A DNA stretch of 64,000 bases from positions 72,604,001 through 72,668,000 of the forward strand of contig NC_086108.1 in assembly GCF_963921235.1 (NCBI RefSeq). Direction: 5' to 3'. Below, one piece after another: positions 25,542-37,899 of the stretch; position 1 is the first letter of the stretch, and each line of letters starts with the position of its first letter. Both the position numbers and the translations under genes were made by a program. The notes under the pieces were generated by a model, which saw only the letters and a list, made by a program, of their open reading frames with translations, was not told the DNA's origin and did no database searches. The stretch is from Mobula hypostoma. Its lineage: Eukaryota.

Positions 25542-26767
25542 GTTAAGGAAGGTTTTTATGTAGTACCTGATCCCAAATAATTTGTAGCTACAGAACTGCG
25601 GATTATAGTGGGCTTCATAGATAGCCTAGTTTTACACCAAGAAGCTCATCTACAGTCCAGACAAAGCAGAACTATAAATGTAGTAATCAGGTTACTGTCC
25701 CTGATGCTCCAAAAGTCTAATCAACTAGTACAATAGAGCAGAAAATAGATTAGAGTAGGGTGTTTTTCAGCTGATTTTAAAAAGGTCAATTAATCTGAGC
25801 AATTCTATCTGCACTGTTAGTGGTACAGCATACAGTATGTGAAGGAACATTAGTTAACCCATTCTTGCTTCTCTGTGTGAACAGCAGATCTAGGAACAAT
25901 TATAAAGAACTGGCCAATACACTGTACTGTAAACAAAGTTTCTCACACAAAGATTGAAAGTGACTATAAGCTGCAACAAGAGCTAAACGTACACCACCAT
26001 ATTTTGTAATCATGCCAAAATTGTACTTTTGTGTAAGAAATGAACTATTCTTTAGAGTAAGGAAATTCTCAAGGTTTATGATCAATGTGCCCATGTGGAG
26101 TGTTTGGAGGGCTGCACGAGTCACTGGGTTTTCGGAGATAGAAGATCCTGGAAACTATGCTGTATTTAATGTCAATGGAAAACCGAATTGGTAATAAAAC
26201 TGCCAAGAAGTGTATTTATAAAATCTACTCATAAAGAAATCAGTAGCAGAATTATGTTATCAAACTAACAAACTTTTGTTACACTGGTAACTGCTGGGAC
26301 ATCCGCTAATCCAGAACAATGACTTCTGTCCAAGAAATGCAAATCAAGGCATTTTTTGATATCTATTTCCACAAATCACTGAAAACTGATGGATGTTCAC
26401 AAGGCACCTACAACGGCTAATATCTGTCTTTTTCTCATGAGGGTTATAATATAGAATGGAGAAAGTAATGCTCTATTGATAGTTTTGATGAAGGCCCACT
26501 TGTCTTTATCCGTTTAAGATTAAAATTAAAGATCCCAAAACTCTATAGGTTCATTGTTGGACCTCAGATTTTCTGCTTGGAATCCCCTTGTAACCTACAA
26601 AGTATGTCAATCCACAAGGGGTTTAGTTAATTCCTGGTAGGTTGGGGCAAATGTCTATACAAAGAGCTAACTGTAGTCATACAGCAAGCTTAAAGTTCTG
26701 ATTGAATGTGGAGATCCCCCCCCCCCCTATCAGATCGACATTAATTATCAAGCCCTGATCAACTGAT

Positions 26768-27070
26768 AAAGATTAGCTTTATTTGTCACATTAATGTCAA
26801 AACGTACAGTGAAATGCATCGTTTGCATCAAATCAAATCAGTGAGGATTGTGCTGGGCCGCCCACAAGTATCGCCATGCAACCGGCGTCAGCAGAGCATG
26901 TCCACAACTCACTAACCCTAAGCATCTGCCTTTGGAATATGCAGTGAAACTGGAGCACCTGGAGGAAACCCACACAGTCATGGGGAAGAGCGTAAAAACT
27001 CTTTACAGTTTGGGAATCGAACTTCGATCTGACAGCGTGGCACTAACCGCTATGCTACTGTATCACCCCT
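26768..27070 (-). mobile_element. V-SINE copy
   Basis: Core 'aaactggagcacctggaggaaacccacacagtcatgggga', a B-box-like 'gggaatcgaact' on the reverse strand, and tail 'gattagctttatttgtcaca'. Confidence 0.75.
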
Positions 27071-27639
27071 CTGCGGATGAAATTAAGACATTTTGCAAGT
27101 AGGATAGGCAGCATTATAACAGCAGGATTTAGATCAAATAAAGAGACGCGAGGCTAGGATATCACTGGTAAAATTAATTTACCATTAAAGGTGGAACTAA
27201 CCTCAAGGCGCTTTAGCGAAGTTGGAGGCCAAAGGAAGGATCCCTAAACCGGAAGCAGGATTCTTTTCCAAATATTGGTTTCTTACTGGTACACCAGCTG
27301 CTTTGTGTAACTGTTACATTAAGGTTGGTGAGGTCACATTATCTTAAGCTGTCACACGTTAACTTAACAACATTGTATGTTCAATGCTTCCGTTCTGAGT
27401 AGAGAGTCTGCTGTCACAATAAAACAGGTTCCTTGATGCTCCCTGGGAGTTCACTTTATACTGTCAGCATAGTTACACAAATAACCTTTTCCAGGAAATA
27501 CCCAGTTGAATTTCATTAATAGTATCAACTGATCTGAGAATAATTGTTTCACTCTGGGTAAAATAAGTTTTAATTCAGGCAATGCTGAAAATAACAATGT
27601 TATGGATCAAATATTTAGGTGGCTGAATCTTTCTAACAC

Positions 27640-28230
27640 GAACATGATTCAGGCCATTAAGTCTATGTAGAGCTCCAATTCTGCTCTCTCCCAATAATCC
27701 TGTAAATATTTTAAATCTAAACATTAATCTATTTCCTTTTTGAAAGTTATAAATGAATCTCTATCCACCATACTTTTGGGGAATTCATTCCACATTATAA
27801 ATGTTTGCAGCATAAATGATGTTTTTGTTTCCCTCATGTAACCCGATCTCTTGCCAATTGTTATAAGTCAATGTTCATTAGTTCTTAACTCTTTCATTAC
27901 TTGGAACTGTTTCCCCCCCCCCCCCCATTTATCCTATCTAAACCCATTATGATTTTATATCCCTTTATTAAATCTCCTAATTTTCTTTGTTCCAAGGAGA
28001 AGGTCACCCCCCAACCCCACCCAAATGCAGGAACCATTCTTCCTTGAATTATTCTGATGAAATTTTGTTCATGAACTCTGTGAAGGACTGTCATATCCTC
28101 CTTGAAGTGTGGCATTCAGAACAAGACCAATGCTTCAATATTGGCTAAGGTACTACAAACTATCGATGCACTTGGACTGCATTTATTTATGAAGCCCAAG
28201 ACATACATGCTTCACTAATTGCTTTCATAT
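27640..28230 (-). mobile_element. Degraded CR1 3' fragment
   Basis: Peptide 'PHFKED...FSLEQRKLGDLIKGYKIIMGLDRI'. Confidence 0.75.
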
Positions 28231-28419
28231 TAGAAAAGAGCTGATACTAAAAAGAGTGTAACTGATGTCGATATCAGCCATTGGCATTGCGGCTTTGAAC
28301 CAAAGTATTAACTCGTTATATCACAAGGTTTGGGATGCCATTGCTAAAGTTAACAAATTTCACGTCACATGCCGGTGATAATAAACTTGCTTCTGATTCT
28401 GAAGCTGGAGAGATGGAAT

Positions 28420-28955
28420 CTGGAACAGTGCACACAGTTCTGGTCACCATACTATAGGAAGGATATCAATACACCAGAGGGTGAAGAAAATATTCACAAG
28501 AGTATTGCTGGGATTGGAGGACTTGAGCTATGAAGAATGACTGGATAAGCTGACATTGTTTTACCTGCAGAGAAGGGGGCTGAGAGGTTGCATTATGGAC
28601 ATATATACATTCATGTTTAGCATATTTAAGGTGAATGGTCACTGTCTTTTCCCAGGATTGGAAAGTCTAAAACTAGTTGGTTTAAGAACAGGGGAAATGT
28701 TTAAAGGGCATTGGAGAGGCATTTAATTTTTGAGAAAGAGGGTTGTGGGTTTATGAAACAAGCTGCTAGAGGAAGGGATAGAGGCAGATATAATTAAAAT
28801 GGTGAAAAGACATTGTGACAGGTACAGGATGGGGAAGGGTTATGGGCACATGTGCTGACTGTAAGGCAAATGATACTAGCTCAGGAAGACAATTTGGTCG
28901 GCAAGGACAAGTTTGGCCTGTTTCTACACCATCCAACTCCATAGCTCCATGACTG
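28420..28955 (+). mobile_element. Degraded CR1 3' fragment
   Basis: 'cagttctggtcaccatactataggaaggatatc' (QFWSPYYRKDI) through to a CR1-type 3' UTR. Confidence 0.8.
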
Positions 28956-29846
28956 TAATGCAGTGTGTCCCTAATAGCAGCATCCATTTAAAAGGAGAAA
29001 TAAAGCTGCAGTAAAACAATAATAATTGAATTTAACAACAATGTAGTTTTGAGATTCTAATAATACTGACTAGGACAGAACTCTGATCTATTATGGTGAC
29101 TATAATTTGCTTATATTTTGTCTTTGGACTAAGTCATCACAGTATCTTCTCTAATAAGGAGTCTAGCTGGTAAAGCATTTCAAAATTACTTACAACTGAA
29201 AACTACTGAATAGCAGCTACTTCTAATGAAGAGAACACAAATCACCCTAATCTGTCGACCTAACTACATTATATAGTCTTGTGGTCACATGTATATATAA
29301 AATCTTTACCAACATTCAAAAGGACTTCAAATATTCATTTTCTGAATTTTGATGAACTGCATCGAACATTAGACTTGTAAAACATCATCAAAACAATGTA
29401 ATTTGATAAGCTAAACTGTGATTATAAATCGACCATTCCCAGCAAATGCGTTTTTATGTCTGTTAATCCTTGTTAACTGAGATGTAAGAGAACTCCAAAT
29501 ATTCAAGAAACAGCAAATGTGCTGACTGATATGTTCTCTCATTAAGCTCAAGTAATGTGAGCACCACTGGATAAACATCCCCTTGGTCATGTTCAGCTGA
29601 AGATCAGGCAAGCCTATGCAGGTCCGAAAGTTTATCCAAAATAGCTGAAACAAAAATATTTCTTTTCGTATTTAGCTCCTTTGAGTAGATGCTTTTGTCT
29701 GTCTTCTGACAGGCTTCACAGATCTTTACTTGTGATTAGCATTAATCCACTGACTTTTTTCAACAAATTCCAGGTTTGTTTGAATTACTTTTCACTCAGC
29801 CTATGGAAGGGAAACCAACAGAATGACTGTGCTCTCACTTCTGCAG

Positions 29847-29911
29847 AGTGTTTCTACTTTTTGAGAAAAGCAGCCACAGTGTTTTACTTTTTGGGAAAAG
29901 CAGCCACAGTG
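29847..29911. repeat. Two-copy ~30-bp tandem duplication
   Basis: 'tactttttgagaaaagcagccacagtg' recurs as 'tactttttgggaaaagcagccacagtg'. Confidence 0.9.
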
Positions 29912-30434
29912 GGGAAAATATTGAATATTTAGCTTCAACATTGACACTGAAGTGTCTTTAAAACCATCTGCCTCACTTGATGATTGCAGTTTGCTGAATC
30001 TGGCATTGAAACATGTGTTCTAAGTGATTACTAGCGGTGGCTGAATCTGCATTTGTGCTGCACATAATCACAGAGATTTTCCCCGTGCAAAATCAAATGC
30101 CAGCACTACAGAGAGAAAAACATGTTTTAGTTTCAGTGTGTTCCAAATTTTTCATGGATGCATTAAGCACATGGGGGAAGGGTGGTGGGCTTATTTGATA
30201 AAACAAAGGCACAGAGTTCTGGAAATTCCTGGTCACAATTTGGGAGTTCTTCAAAGAATCCACTTTCTGAAATATTTTCTGAGTGTGCCAAATGGGTAGA
30301 GGAGTCAGCCTCTGAGATGGGGGGTGGTAAGGGAGGTGAAGAATAGGGAAAGAATGGGAAGGTGTAGTGGGAAATTATGGCATGCTGCAGAAAAAAAAAC
30401 TGCAGTATTGAGAAAGCACTGCACTTGAAGCAAT

Positions 30435-30685
30435 TGTGGCGGCCTGCACACGCAGGACTCGACCCACCATTCGGAGCCACGGGCAGACACGCAGTAGTGT
30501 GTTTGGAACTGCCTGCTCGGGGCGGACCTTCCGGGGACAGTCTGACATCATGTCCGCCCCGCGGGTCGCAGGGGCTCATGGGAGGGGAGTTCTAAGCGCG
30601 TGATTTTGAATCAGTAAAGGCATTCTGAGTTCGGCTCTCTCTGCCTCCGTGTGTTTCTTCAGTAGCGCGTTTGCGCGCGACTACA
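30435..30685 (+). repeat. 5' LTR
   Basis: TGT...ACA; colinear with 34472-34722 without indels. Confidence 0.97.
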
Positions 30686-30686
30686 T

Positions 30687-30701
30687 TGGTGACCCCAACG
30701 T
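30687..30701 (+). promoter_or_regulatory. Primer-binding site, tRNA-Trp
   Basis: TGGTGACCCCAACGT, 1 nt after the LTR. It differs by one transition from TGGTGACCCCGACGT, the complement of the tRNA-Trp 3' end. Confidence 0.85.
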
Positions 30702-30740
30702 TCCAGACGGCATCTGGAGCCGGCGACTCAGCGACCAGCC

Positions 30741-31422
30741 ATGAGTTCGAGCAACTCACACAGCGAGGTCTCTCTGAAGCTCCCTACTTCTGGGCCACTC
30801 AGCCCCACGTTTGGTTCGAGCAGGCTGAGGCCCAGTTCAATATCAGCGACATTACAGCCGATGCCACGTGGTCAGCACGCTCGACCAGGAGACGGCAGGC
30901 CAGATCATCGACTTCCTACGCCAGCCACCAATGGAGGACAGGTACACTAAGCTTAAGGTGCTCCTGATCCGTACCTTCGGACTCTCCCGCCGTGAACGGG
31001 CCATGCGGCTCCTACACATGAACGGCCTGGACAACCGCATGCCATCCGAGCCGATGAATGATATGCTGGCGCTCATGGACGGCCATAAGTCGTGCCTTTT
31101 ATTTGAACAGTTGTTCCTCGAGCAAATGCCAGAGGACATTCGCCTCCTCCTCGCGAGTGAGGATTTCCGCGACCCACGCAGGGTCGCGGCTAAAGCAGCC
31201 GTCCTTTGGCAGAGCAAGCAACGTGGAGCAGCCTCCATTGGCCTAGCCACGATCACGCGCCCCAAAGCCCAGGCCCCGCAACTGAAGCCGTCGAGACCCA
31301 CGGGGGAAAAAGATGAAAGTTCGGAACAATGGTGTTTCTACCGCCAAAGGTGGGGCTCAGGCGCGCGCCGCTGCTGTCCACCATGTGCTTTTCCGGAAAA
31401 CGCTGGGGCCAGCCATCACTAA
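30741..31422 (+). pseudogene. gag (frameshifted)
   Basis: 'VSLKLP', 'FWATQPHVWFEQAEAQF' and 'LFEQLFLEQMP' lie in three different frames. C-terminal 'CFYRQRWGSGARRCCPPC' fits C-x2-H-x9-C-x3-C with H replaced by R. Confidence 0.88.
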
Positions 31423-34400
31423 TGGCTACGACGGCTGGCCATCGAGACTACCTCTGGGATCGACGCTCCGGGCGGCGCTTCCTGGTAGACACGGGGGCCA
31501 AAGTCAGCGTACTCTCCCCCTCGAACATGGACACTCGTAACGCAGTCCCAGGCCCCGAACTCACCGCTGCAAATGGCACCAGTATTCGGATGTACTATCT
31601 CAAATACAGCGAACTATCTCACTGCATTTCGGGTCCAGCCATTTTACTTGGACGTTAACGTTGGCAGCGGTGTCACAGCCACTACTAGGGACAGATTTCC
31701 TACAAGCCATCTGCCTCCTGGTTGACGTAAACGGCCGGCGTTTGGTCTACGCCGAGATGTTCCAGACTTTCCGGCTCAGAGAAGCCAAGCTACTGGCCCT
31801 CCACCTGGATTCCGTGACCCCCTCGGGTAACGAATTCGCCAGGGTGTTGGTGGAATTCCCCTCCGTAGTAACCCTGCAGTTCTCCACGGCCGACCCCAAG
31901 CATGGCGTGCAGCACCACATCCCCACGCAAGGACTGCCGCTGCACGCCCGAGCTCGCAGGCTCCCACCCAACAAGCTCTACCTTGCCAAGGAGGAGTTCT
32001 GTAAAATGGAAGGGATGGGAATCGTACGCCGCTCAGACAGCCCGTAGACATCCCCGCTGCATATGGTGCCCAAGTCCGCAGGAGGATGGAGGCCCTGTGG
32101 AGACTACAGAAGGCTCAACAATGCCACAACCGCTGACAGATACCCAGTACCCCACATCCAGGACTTCATGGCGAACCTGCACGGAGCGACCATCTTCTTG
32201 AAAATCGACCTGGTCAGGGGAAACCATCAAATCCCAGTGCACCCTGACGACGTGCCCAAGACAGCCCTCATCACCCCGTTCGGCTTGTTCGAATTCCTGA
32301 GGATGCCTTTCGGTCTCAAGAATGCAGCCCAAACTTTCCAAAGGCTCATGGACTCGGTGGGATGCGGCCTGGATTTCATTTTCATTTACTTGGACAATAT
32401 CCTGGTGGCCAGCTGTTCACACCAAGAGCACGTGGCACATTTGCGCCAGCTCTGCCAACGCCTGAGTGACCACGGACTGGCAATCAATACATCAAAGTCC
32501 CAGTTCGGGCTGATGGAGATCGCCTTCTTGGGCCACAGAGTCAACCGACATGGCGCAGTTCCCCTACCGGACCAGCTCCAGGCCATCCGCCAGTTCCCCA
32601 AGTCCAGCATGGTCAATGGCCTGCAGGAGTTCGTAGGGATGGTTAACGTTTATCATCGGTTCGTGCCGGCGGTGACACGCATCATGAGACCCTTGCTCAG
32701 CCTGATGGCCAACAAGGCCAAAGAGGTGGCATGGGACGCGGAGTCCACGCAGGCGTTCGAGCAGGCCAAGGAGGCGCTGGCAAAGGCGGCCCTCCTAGTG
32801 CACCCGAGAGTCGATGTACCCATGGCACTCACAGTCGACGCTTCCGACACGGCAGTCGGCGGAGTCCTGCAGCAGCTCGTCGAGGACCAGTGGCGACCAC
32901 TCGCTTTCTTCAGCTGGCACCTATGGCCACCAGAGGAGAAGTACAGCACTTTCGACAGAGAGTTGCTAGCATTCTACCTGGCTGTCCAGCATTTCCGGTA
33001 CTTCCTCGAGGGAAGAGAGTTCACCTTGTATACGGACCACAAGCCCCTCACCTTCGCACTGGCCATGGTATCGGACCCATGGTCGGCTCGGCAGCAGAGG
33101 CACCTGTCCTTTATTTCAGAATTCACCACGGACGTCTGCCACATCGCAGGGAAGAACAACGTCATCGCCAACACACTGTCTCACCCCTGCCTCCACTCAG
33201 TAGGCGTATCGTCCTCAGGAACAGACTACGCAGCACTGGCGGAAGCATAATGGTCGGACACCGAGATCCCGGCTTACCGCACCGCCGTTGCGTGGCTCCA
33301 GTTGGAGGACGTCTGCATCGGCCCAGCAGCGGATTGACTCCTGTATGGCCGGCAAACCCCGATCTATGGTACCAGCAGCATGGAGGCGCCAGGTGTTCGA
33401 GATGCTGCATGACCTGGCCCACCCGTCCATCCGGGTGTCCATCAAGCTGGTAGCGGACAGATTGCATGGTTTGCGCAAACAAGTCAGACACTGGGCCAGG
33501 ACCTGCGTACACTGCCACACCGCCAAAGTCCAGCGACATGTGAAGGCTCCCCTCCAGCAGTTCCAGCTGACGCACAGGAGGTTCCATCACATCCACGTGG
33601 ACATCGTCAGCCCCCTGCCAGTCTTCCGGGGCGCCAGGTATATCTTTACCATGGTAGGCAGGTTCACCAGATGGCCGGAAGCCGTACTGCTCAGACACGT
33701 CCACTGAGTCCTGTGCCAGGACGCTCATTACAAACTGGATCGCCAGGTTCAGCCTCCCAACGGACATCACCTCGGACAGAGGGGCGCAGTTCACGTCTGG
33801 TTTGTGGACAGCACTGGCGCAGCTCCTGGGCACCCAGCTGCATCACACCACAACATACCATCCCCAGTCCAACGGTTTGGTAGAGTGATTCCACCGGCAT
33901 CTCAAATCGGCCCTGATGGCGCACCTCAGGGGCCCCAACTGGACAGATGAGCTTCCCTGGGTCCTACTGGGCATCCGCACAGCCCCCAAGGAGGACCTGG
34001 ACACCTCGGCGGAATTGGTCTATGACGCCCCCCTGACGGTCCCAGGCGAGTTCGTACCAGAGGCCCGAGGTTCGGAAGAAACTCCAGCAGCAGTGCTAAC
34101 AAGGCTAACGAGGCTGCGGGACAAGGTAGGGACCCTTGCACCGGTCCCGACCTCCAGGAATGGTCCCACGCCATCCTTCACCCCTAAAGACCTCCGAGAC
34201 TGTGAATATGTTTTTATTCTACAGTGGTGACCAGTACAGCGGCCGTACAAGGGACCCTTCAAGGTGATCCGGCACAATGGAACCACGTGTGTCATGGAGG
34301 TGGGTGGCCGGGAAGAGACTTTTACAGTGGACCGCCTCAAACCAGGGCACTTGGACATTGAGCAACTGGTGAGGGTACCTGCACTGCGCCAGCGAGGCCG

Positions 34401-34455
34401 GCCACCCAGGCAAGCCATACAGACTGGGGGCTCCACTCCCCCGATGGACATTTCT
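31422..34455 (+). pseudogene. pol (protease, RT, RNase H, integrase), disrupted
   Basis: Protease 'FLVDTGA'; RT 'WRPCGDYRRLN', 'MPFGLKNAAQTFQR', 'YLDNIL' (YxDD mutated); RNase H 'VDASD', 'YTDHKPL'; integrase 'HDLAHP..CVHC', 'HIHVDIV', 'ITSDRGAQF'. Several stops and frameshifts. Confidence 0.95.
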
Positions 34456-34471
34456 GGAGGGGGGGGCGGGA
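34456..34471 (+). promoter_or_regulatory. Polypurine tract
   Basis: GGAGGGGGGGGCGGGA immediately before the 3' LTR. Confidence 0.85.
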
Positions 34472-34722
34472 GGTGGCTGCCCACACACACGGGACTCAAA
34501 CCGCCATCGGGAGCCGCGGGCAGACACACGGTAGCGCATTTGGAACTACCCACTCTGGGCGGACCTTCCAGGGACAGTCTGACGTCACGTCCACCCCGCG
34601 GGTCGCAGGGGCCCATGGGAGGGGAGATTTAAGCGCACGATTTTGAATCAGTGAAGGCATTCTGAGTTCAGCTCTCTCTGCCTCCGTGTGTTTCTTTAGT
34701 AGGGCGTTTGCATGCGACTACA
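34472..34722 (+). repeat. 3' LTR
   Basis: Colinear with the 5' LTR; first base changed T>G; ends ACA then CAAT. Confidence 0.97.
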
Positions 34723-34782
34723 CAATGATATTTAAAGCAGTTATTTAACCGGCAATAATTCTAAAAAACTAGATAGCTGTTA

Positions 34783-35716
34783 TAGAAACATAGAAAATAG
34801 GTGCAGGAGTAGGCCATTCGGCCCTCTGAGCGTGCACCGCCATTCAGTATACATGGCTGATCATCCAACTCAGAAACCTGTACCTGCTTTCTGTCCATAC
34901 CCCCTGATCCCTTTAGTCATAAGGGCCATATCTAACTCCCTCTTAAATATAGCCAATGAACTGGCCTCAACTGTTTCCTGTGGCAGAGAATTCCACAGAT
35001 TCACCACTCTCTGTGTGAAGAAGTTTTTCCTAATCTCGGTCCTAAAAGGCTTCCCCTCTATCCTCAAACTGTGACCCCTCGTTCTGGACTTCCCCAACAT
35101 CGGGAACAATCTTCCTGCATCTAGCCTGTCCAATCCCTTTAGGATCTTATACGTTTCAATCAGATCCCCCCTCAATCTTATACATTCCAGCAAGTATAAG
35201 CCTAGTCAATCCAGCTTTTCATCATATGAAAGTCCTGCTATCCCAGGAATCAATCTGGTGAACCTTCTTTGTACTCCCTCTATGGCAAGAATGTCTTTCC
35301 TCAGATTAGGGGACTAAAACTGCTCACAGTACTCTCGGTGTGGTCTCACCAAGGCCTTGTACAACTGCACTAGAACCTCCCTGCTTCTGTACTCAAATCC
35401 TCTTGCTATGAATGCCAGCATACCATTTGCCTTTTTCACCGCCTGCTGTACCTGCATGCCCACTTTCAACGACTGGTGTACAATGACACCCAGGTCTCAT
35501 TGCACCTCCCCTTTTCCTAATCTGTTTTCCTGTTCTTGCCACCAAAGTGGATAACCTCACATTTATCCACATTAAATTGCACCTGCCATGAATTTACCCA
35601 CTCACCTCACCTATCCAAGTCACCCTGCATCCTCTTAGCATCCTCCTCACAGCTAACACTGCCACCCAGCTTCATGTCATCCGCAAACTAGGAGATGCTG
35701 CATTTAATTCCCTCGA
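34783..35716 (-). mobile_element. CR1/HER1 LINE 3' fragment, relatively young
   Basis: ORF 'RLRGDLIETYKILKGLDRLDAGRLFP...RTRGHSLRI...FFTQRVVNLWNSLP'; tail '(tagaaaca)n'. Confidence 0.95.
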
Positions 35717-36330
35717 ACTTAAGAACACACCTTAAACTATAATGTACATGGCCCTCAGAGTGATGGAATGTGTAGTTTTAGGATTCTAAGAATAATGCAG
35801 GAAGCTGGCACAGAATAGTGCAAAGAAAATCAAGAACCTACAAACTGTACAGAGCCTCCTATGTCTCCTTGCAGATAATTGTAGAACAGCTTTGTCAGAG
35901 ATGTGGGAATAGATCATTGGGCCATTTTCTGAGACAAATAATGGATGGTGTTATGGGTTTGGAGAGACAGGGTAGGGAAACTAATAACTTGAGAGTGGAG
36001 AGAAATACACTTTCAGAATGGTTTATAGAGATATAAACATTTACATGCACATTCACGGTATATGTAACCAGACATTCAACATTTAGCAGTTTACCTCTGT
36101 CAGTCAACTTGATAATGACTTAAGCCAGACTCGGGAAAAGTCCCTGCTCATCAGTGAAGATATATCAACTTTACATTATCATTAGTATTTGCCGGACATG
36201 TGAACAAGCTGGTTGAAGATACAAACAAAATGAAGTTAGTTACTCTCCCAAAATGGGAACACAGGAGAGACTGCAGATGCTGAAAACCTGGGGCAACACA
36301 CACAGTACAATGGGAGAACTCAGAATGTCG

Positions 36331-37145
36331 AAGTTCAAAGTAAATTTATATCAAAGTACATATATGCTCAGTGGCCACGGAGTATCTGTTCATGGTCTTC
36401 TGCTGCTGTAGCCCACCCACCTTAGGTTTTGATGTGTTGTACATTCAGAGATGCTCTTCTGCACACCACTGTTGTAAAACATGGTTATTTAAGTTACTGT
36501 CACCTTTTGTCTGCTTGAACCAGTTTGGCCATTCTCCTCTGAAGTCTCTCATTAACAAGGTGATTTTGGCCACAGACCTGCAGCTCACTGGATTATTTAA
36601 TTTGTTTTATGCACCATTCTCTGTAAACTCTAGAAACTGCTGTATGAAAAAACTCCAGAAAATCAGCAGTTTCGGAGCTACTCAAACCACCCGGTCTGGC
36701 ACCAACAATCATTCCATGATCAAAGTCACTTCGATCACATTTCTTCCCCATTCTGATGTTTGGTCTGAACAGCAACTGAACCTCTTGACCATGCCTGCAT
36801 GCTGTTGTCACATGGTTGGCTGATTAGATATTTGCATTAACGAGCAGATGTACAAGTGTACCTAATAAAGTGGCCACTGAGAACCTGTCACCATATACTA
36901 CCCTGAGATTCTTTTGCTTGTGGGCATTCACAGTAGGTACAAGGGAACACAACAGAGTCAATGGAAAACCTCACACAAACAGAGACAGACAAACAACCAA
37001 TGTGCAAAGGATGACAAATGATGTAAAATTCAAAAAGAAAATCAGAAATAATAATAAAAAATATCGAGAACGAGTCCTAGAGTCCTTGAAAGTGAGTCCA
37101 TAGATTGTGGAATTGTTTCAGTGTTGGGTTGAATGAAGTTACAGT
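36331..37145 (-). mobile_element. Rex1/Babar 3' tail hosting a Tc1 derivative
   Basis: 'aagttcaaagtaaattta...aaagtacatatatg' resumes as 'tgtcaccatatactaccctgagattc' after the insertion. Confidence 0.7.
36367..36881 (-). mobile_element. Non-autonomous Tc1 element, same family as 16103-16653
   Basis: CTCAGTGGCCAC...GTGGCCACTGAG; peptide 'MGKKCDRSDFDHGMIVGARPGGLSSSETADFL'. Confidence 0.9.
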
Positions 37146-37899
37146 ATCCACTCTCATCTCTGGAGGGAAATGGATTATTCATCTTTCAGGTTGAGACAAA
37201 TGGGACAAATTTCCCTACAGTTTAGATAGTCATATTCTTAATGTCCCACGCAAAACCTTATTTCTAAGTCCAGATCAGTTATCTTCATAATCTTTCACTT
37301 TCATTTTCTTTAGGAACAGGATTAGCCCACTGTTTGATACTGCAGAAATCATAAAGGTTTCTGAAATACTCTTATCATCCTATACAACTATTTGTCTCCA
37401 CCACAGTATATATAAAAAAAATCAATGTGTATATGTAAACTTTGTCTTGGGTTGAAGCCAATCTTGATTATAAATCCAGGTGCACCTGCAAGAGATTAGT
37501 AATCAAGGAGCACCTGCAAGAACCTTTAAAGCTCTTTGGAGAATTTCACATCCTAACACAGGGACAGTGGGTATGTATAAACAGGATTTCAAATTGTGCT
37601 GTCGGGCTGCAGTAGAGCTTTTAAGTTGCATCATGAGTTAATTTATTCTGTGAAGGGGATGCCATGCAAACATATTAAGGTGATGACAGCATTACTGGCC
37701 AGGGAATTAACTTTTATAATCCTCTCCAACTGTTCTGCTCTAGGATTTAAAGTAGGAAAGCTAAAAATAGAGATGGTGTAACTGTGAACCCTATACAAAT
37801 ATCATCAGAAGACAATACGGTGTTATTTTCATGGCAAGTTATGGGCTTGGGTCTCATTCCCCCACTTGTAGTTGAAGTTGGATAGAAAACTAGGCTATT

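Larger units (their letters stand above)
30435..34722 (+). mobile_element. Full-length, decayed Ty3/Gypsy LTR retrotransposon, CsRn1-like lineage
   Basis: Two 251-bp LTRs; CAAT TSD (30431-34, 34723-26); PBS and PPT; gag then pol in PR-RT-RH-IN order; no env. Confidence 0.97.

Noticed and set aside
29847..29911. ~30-bp direct repeats as CRISPR-like
   Set aside because: Two adjacent copies with no spacer, in a vertebrate context; simple tandem duplication.
32731..34616. Long alternative-frame and antisense ORFs (240, 223, 198 aa) in the Gypsy element
   Set aside because: Shadow ORFs expected in GC-rich pol sequence; no recognisable domains and no env-like features.
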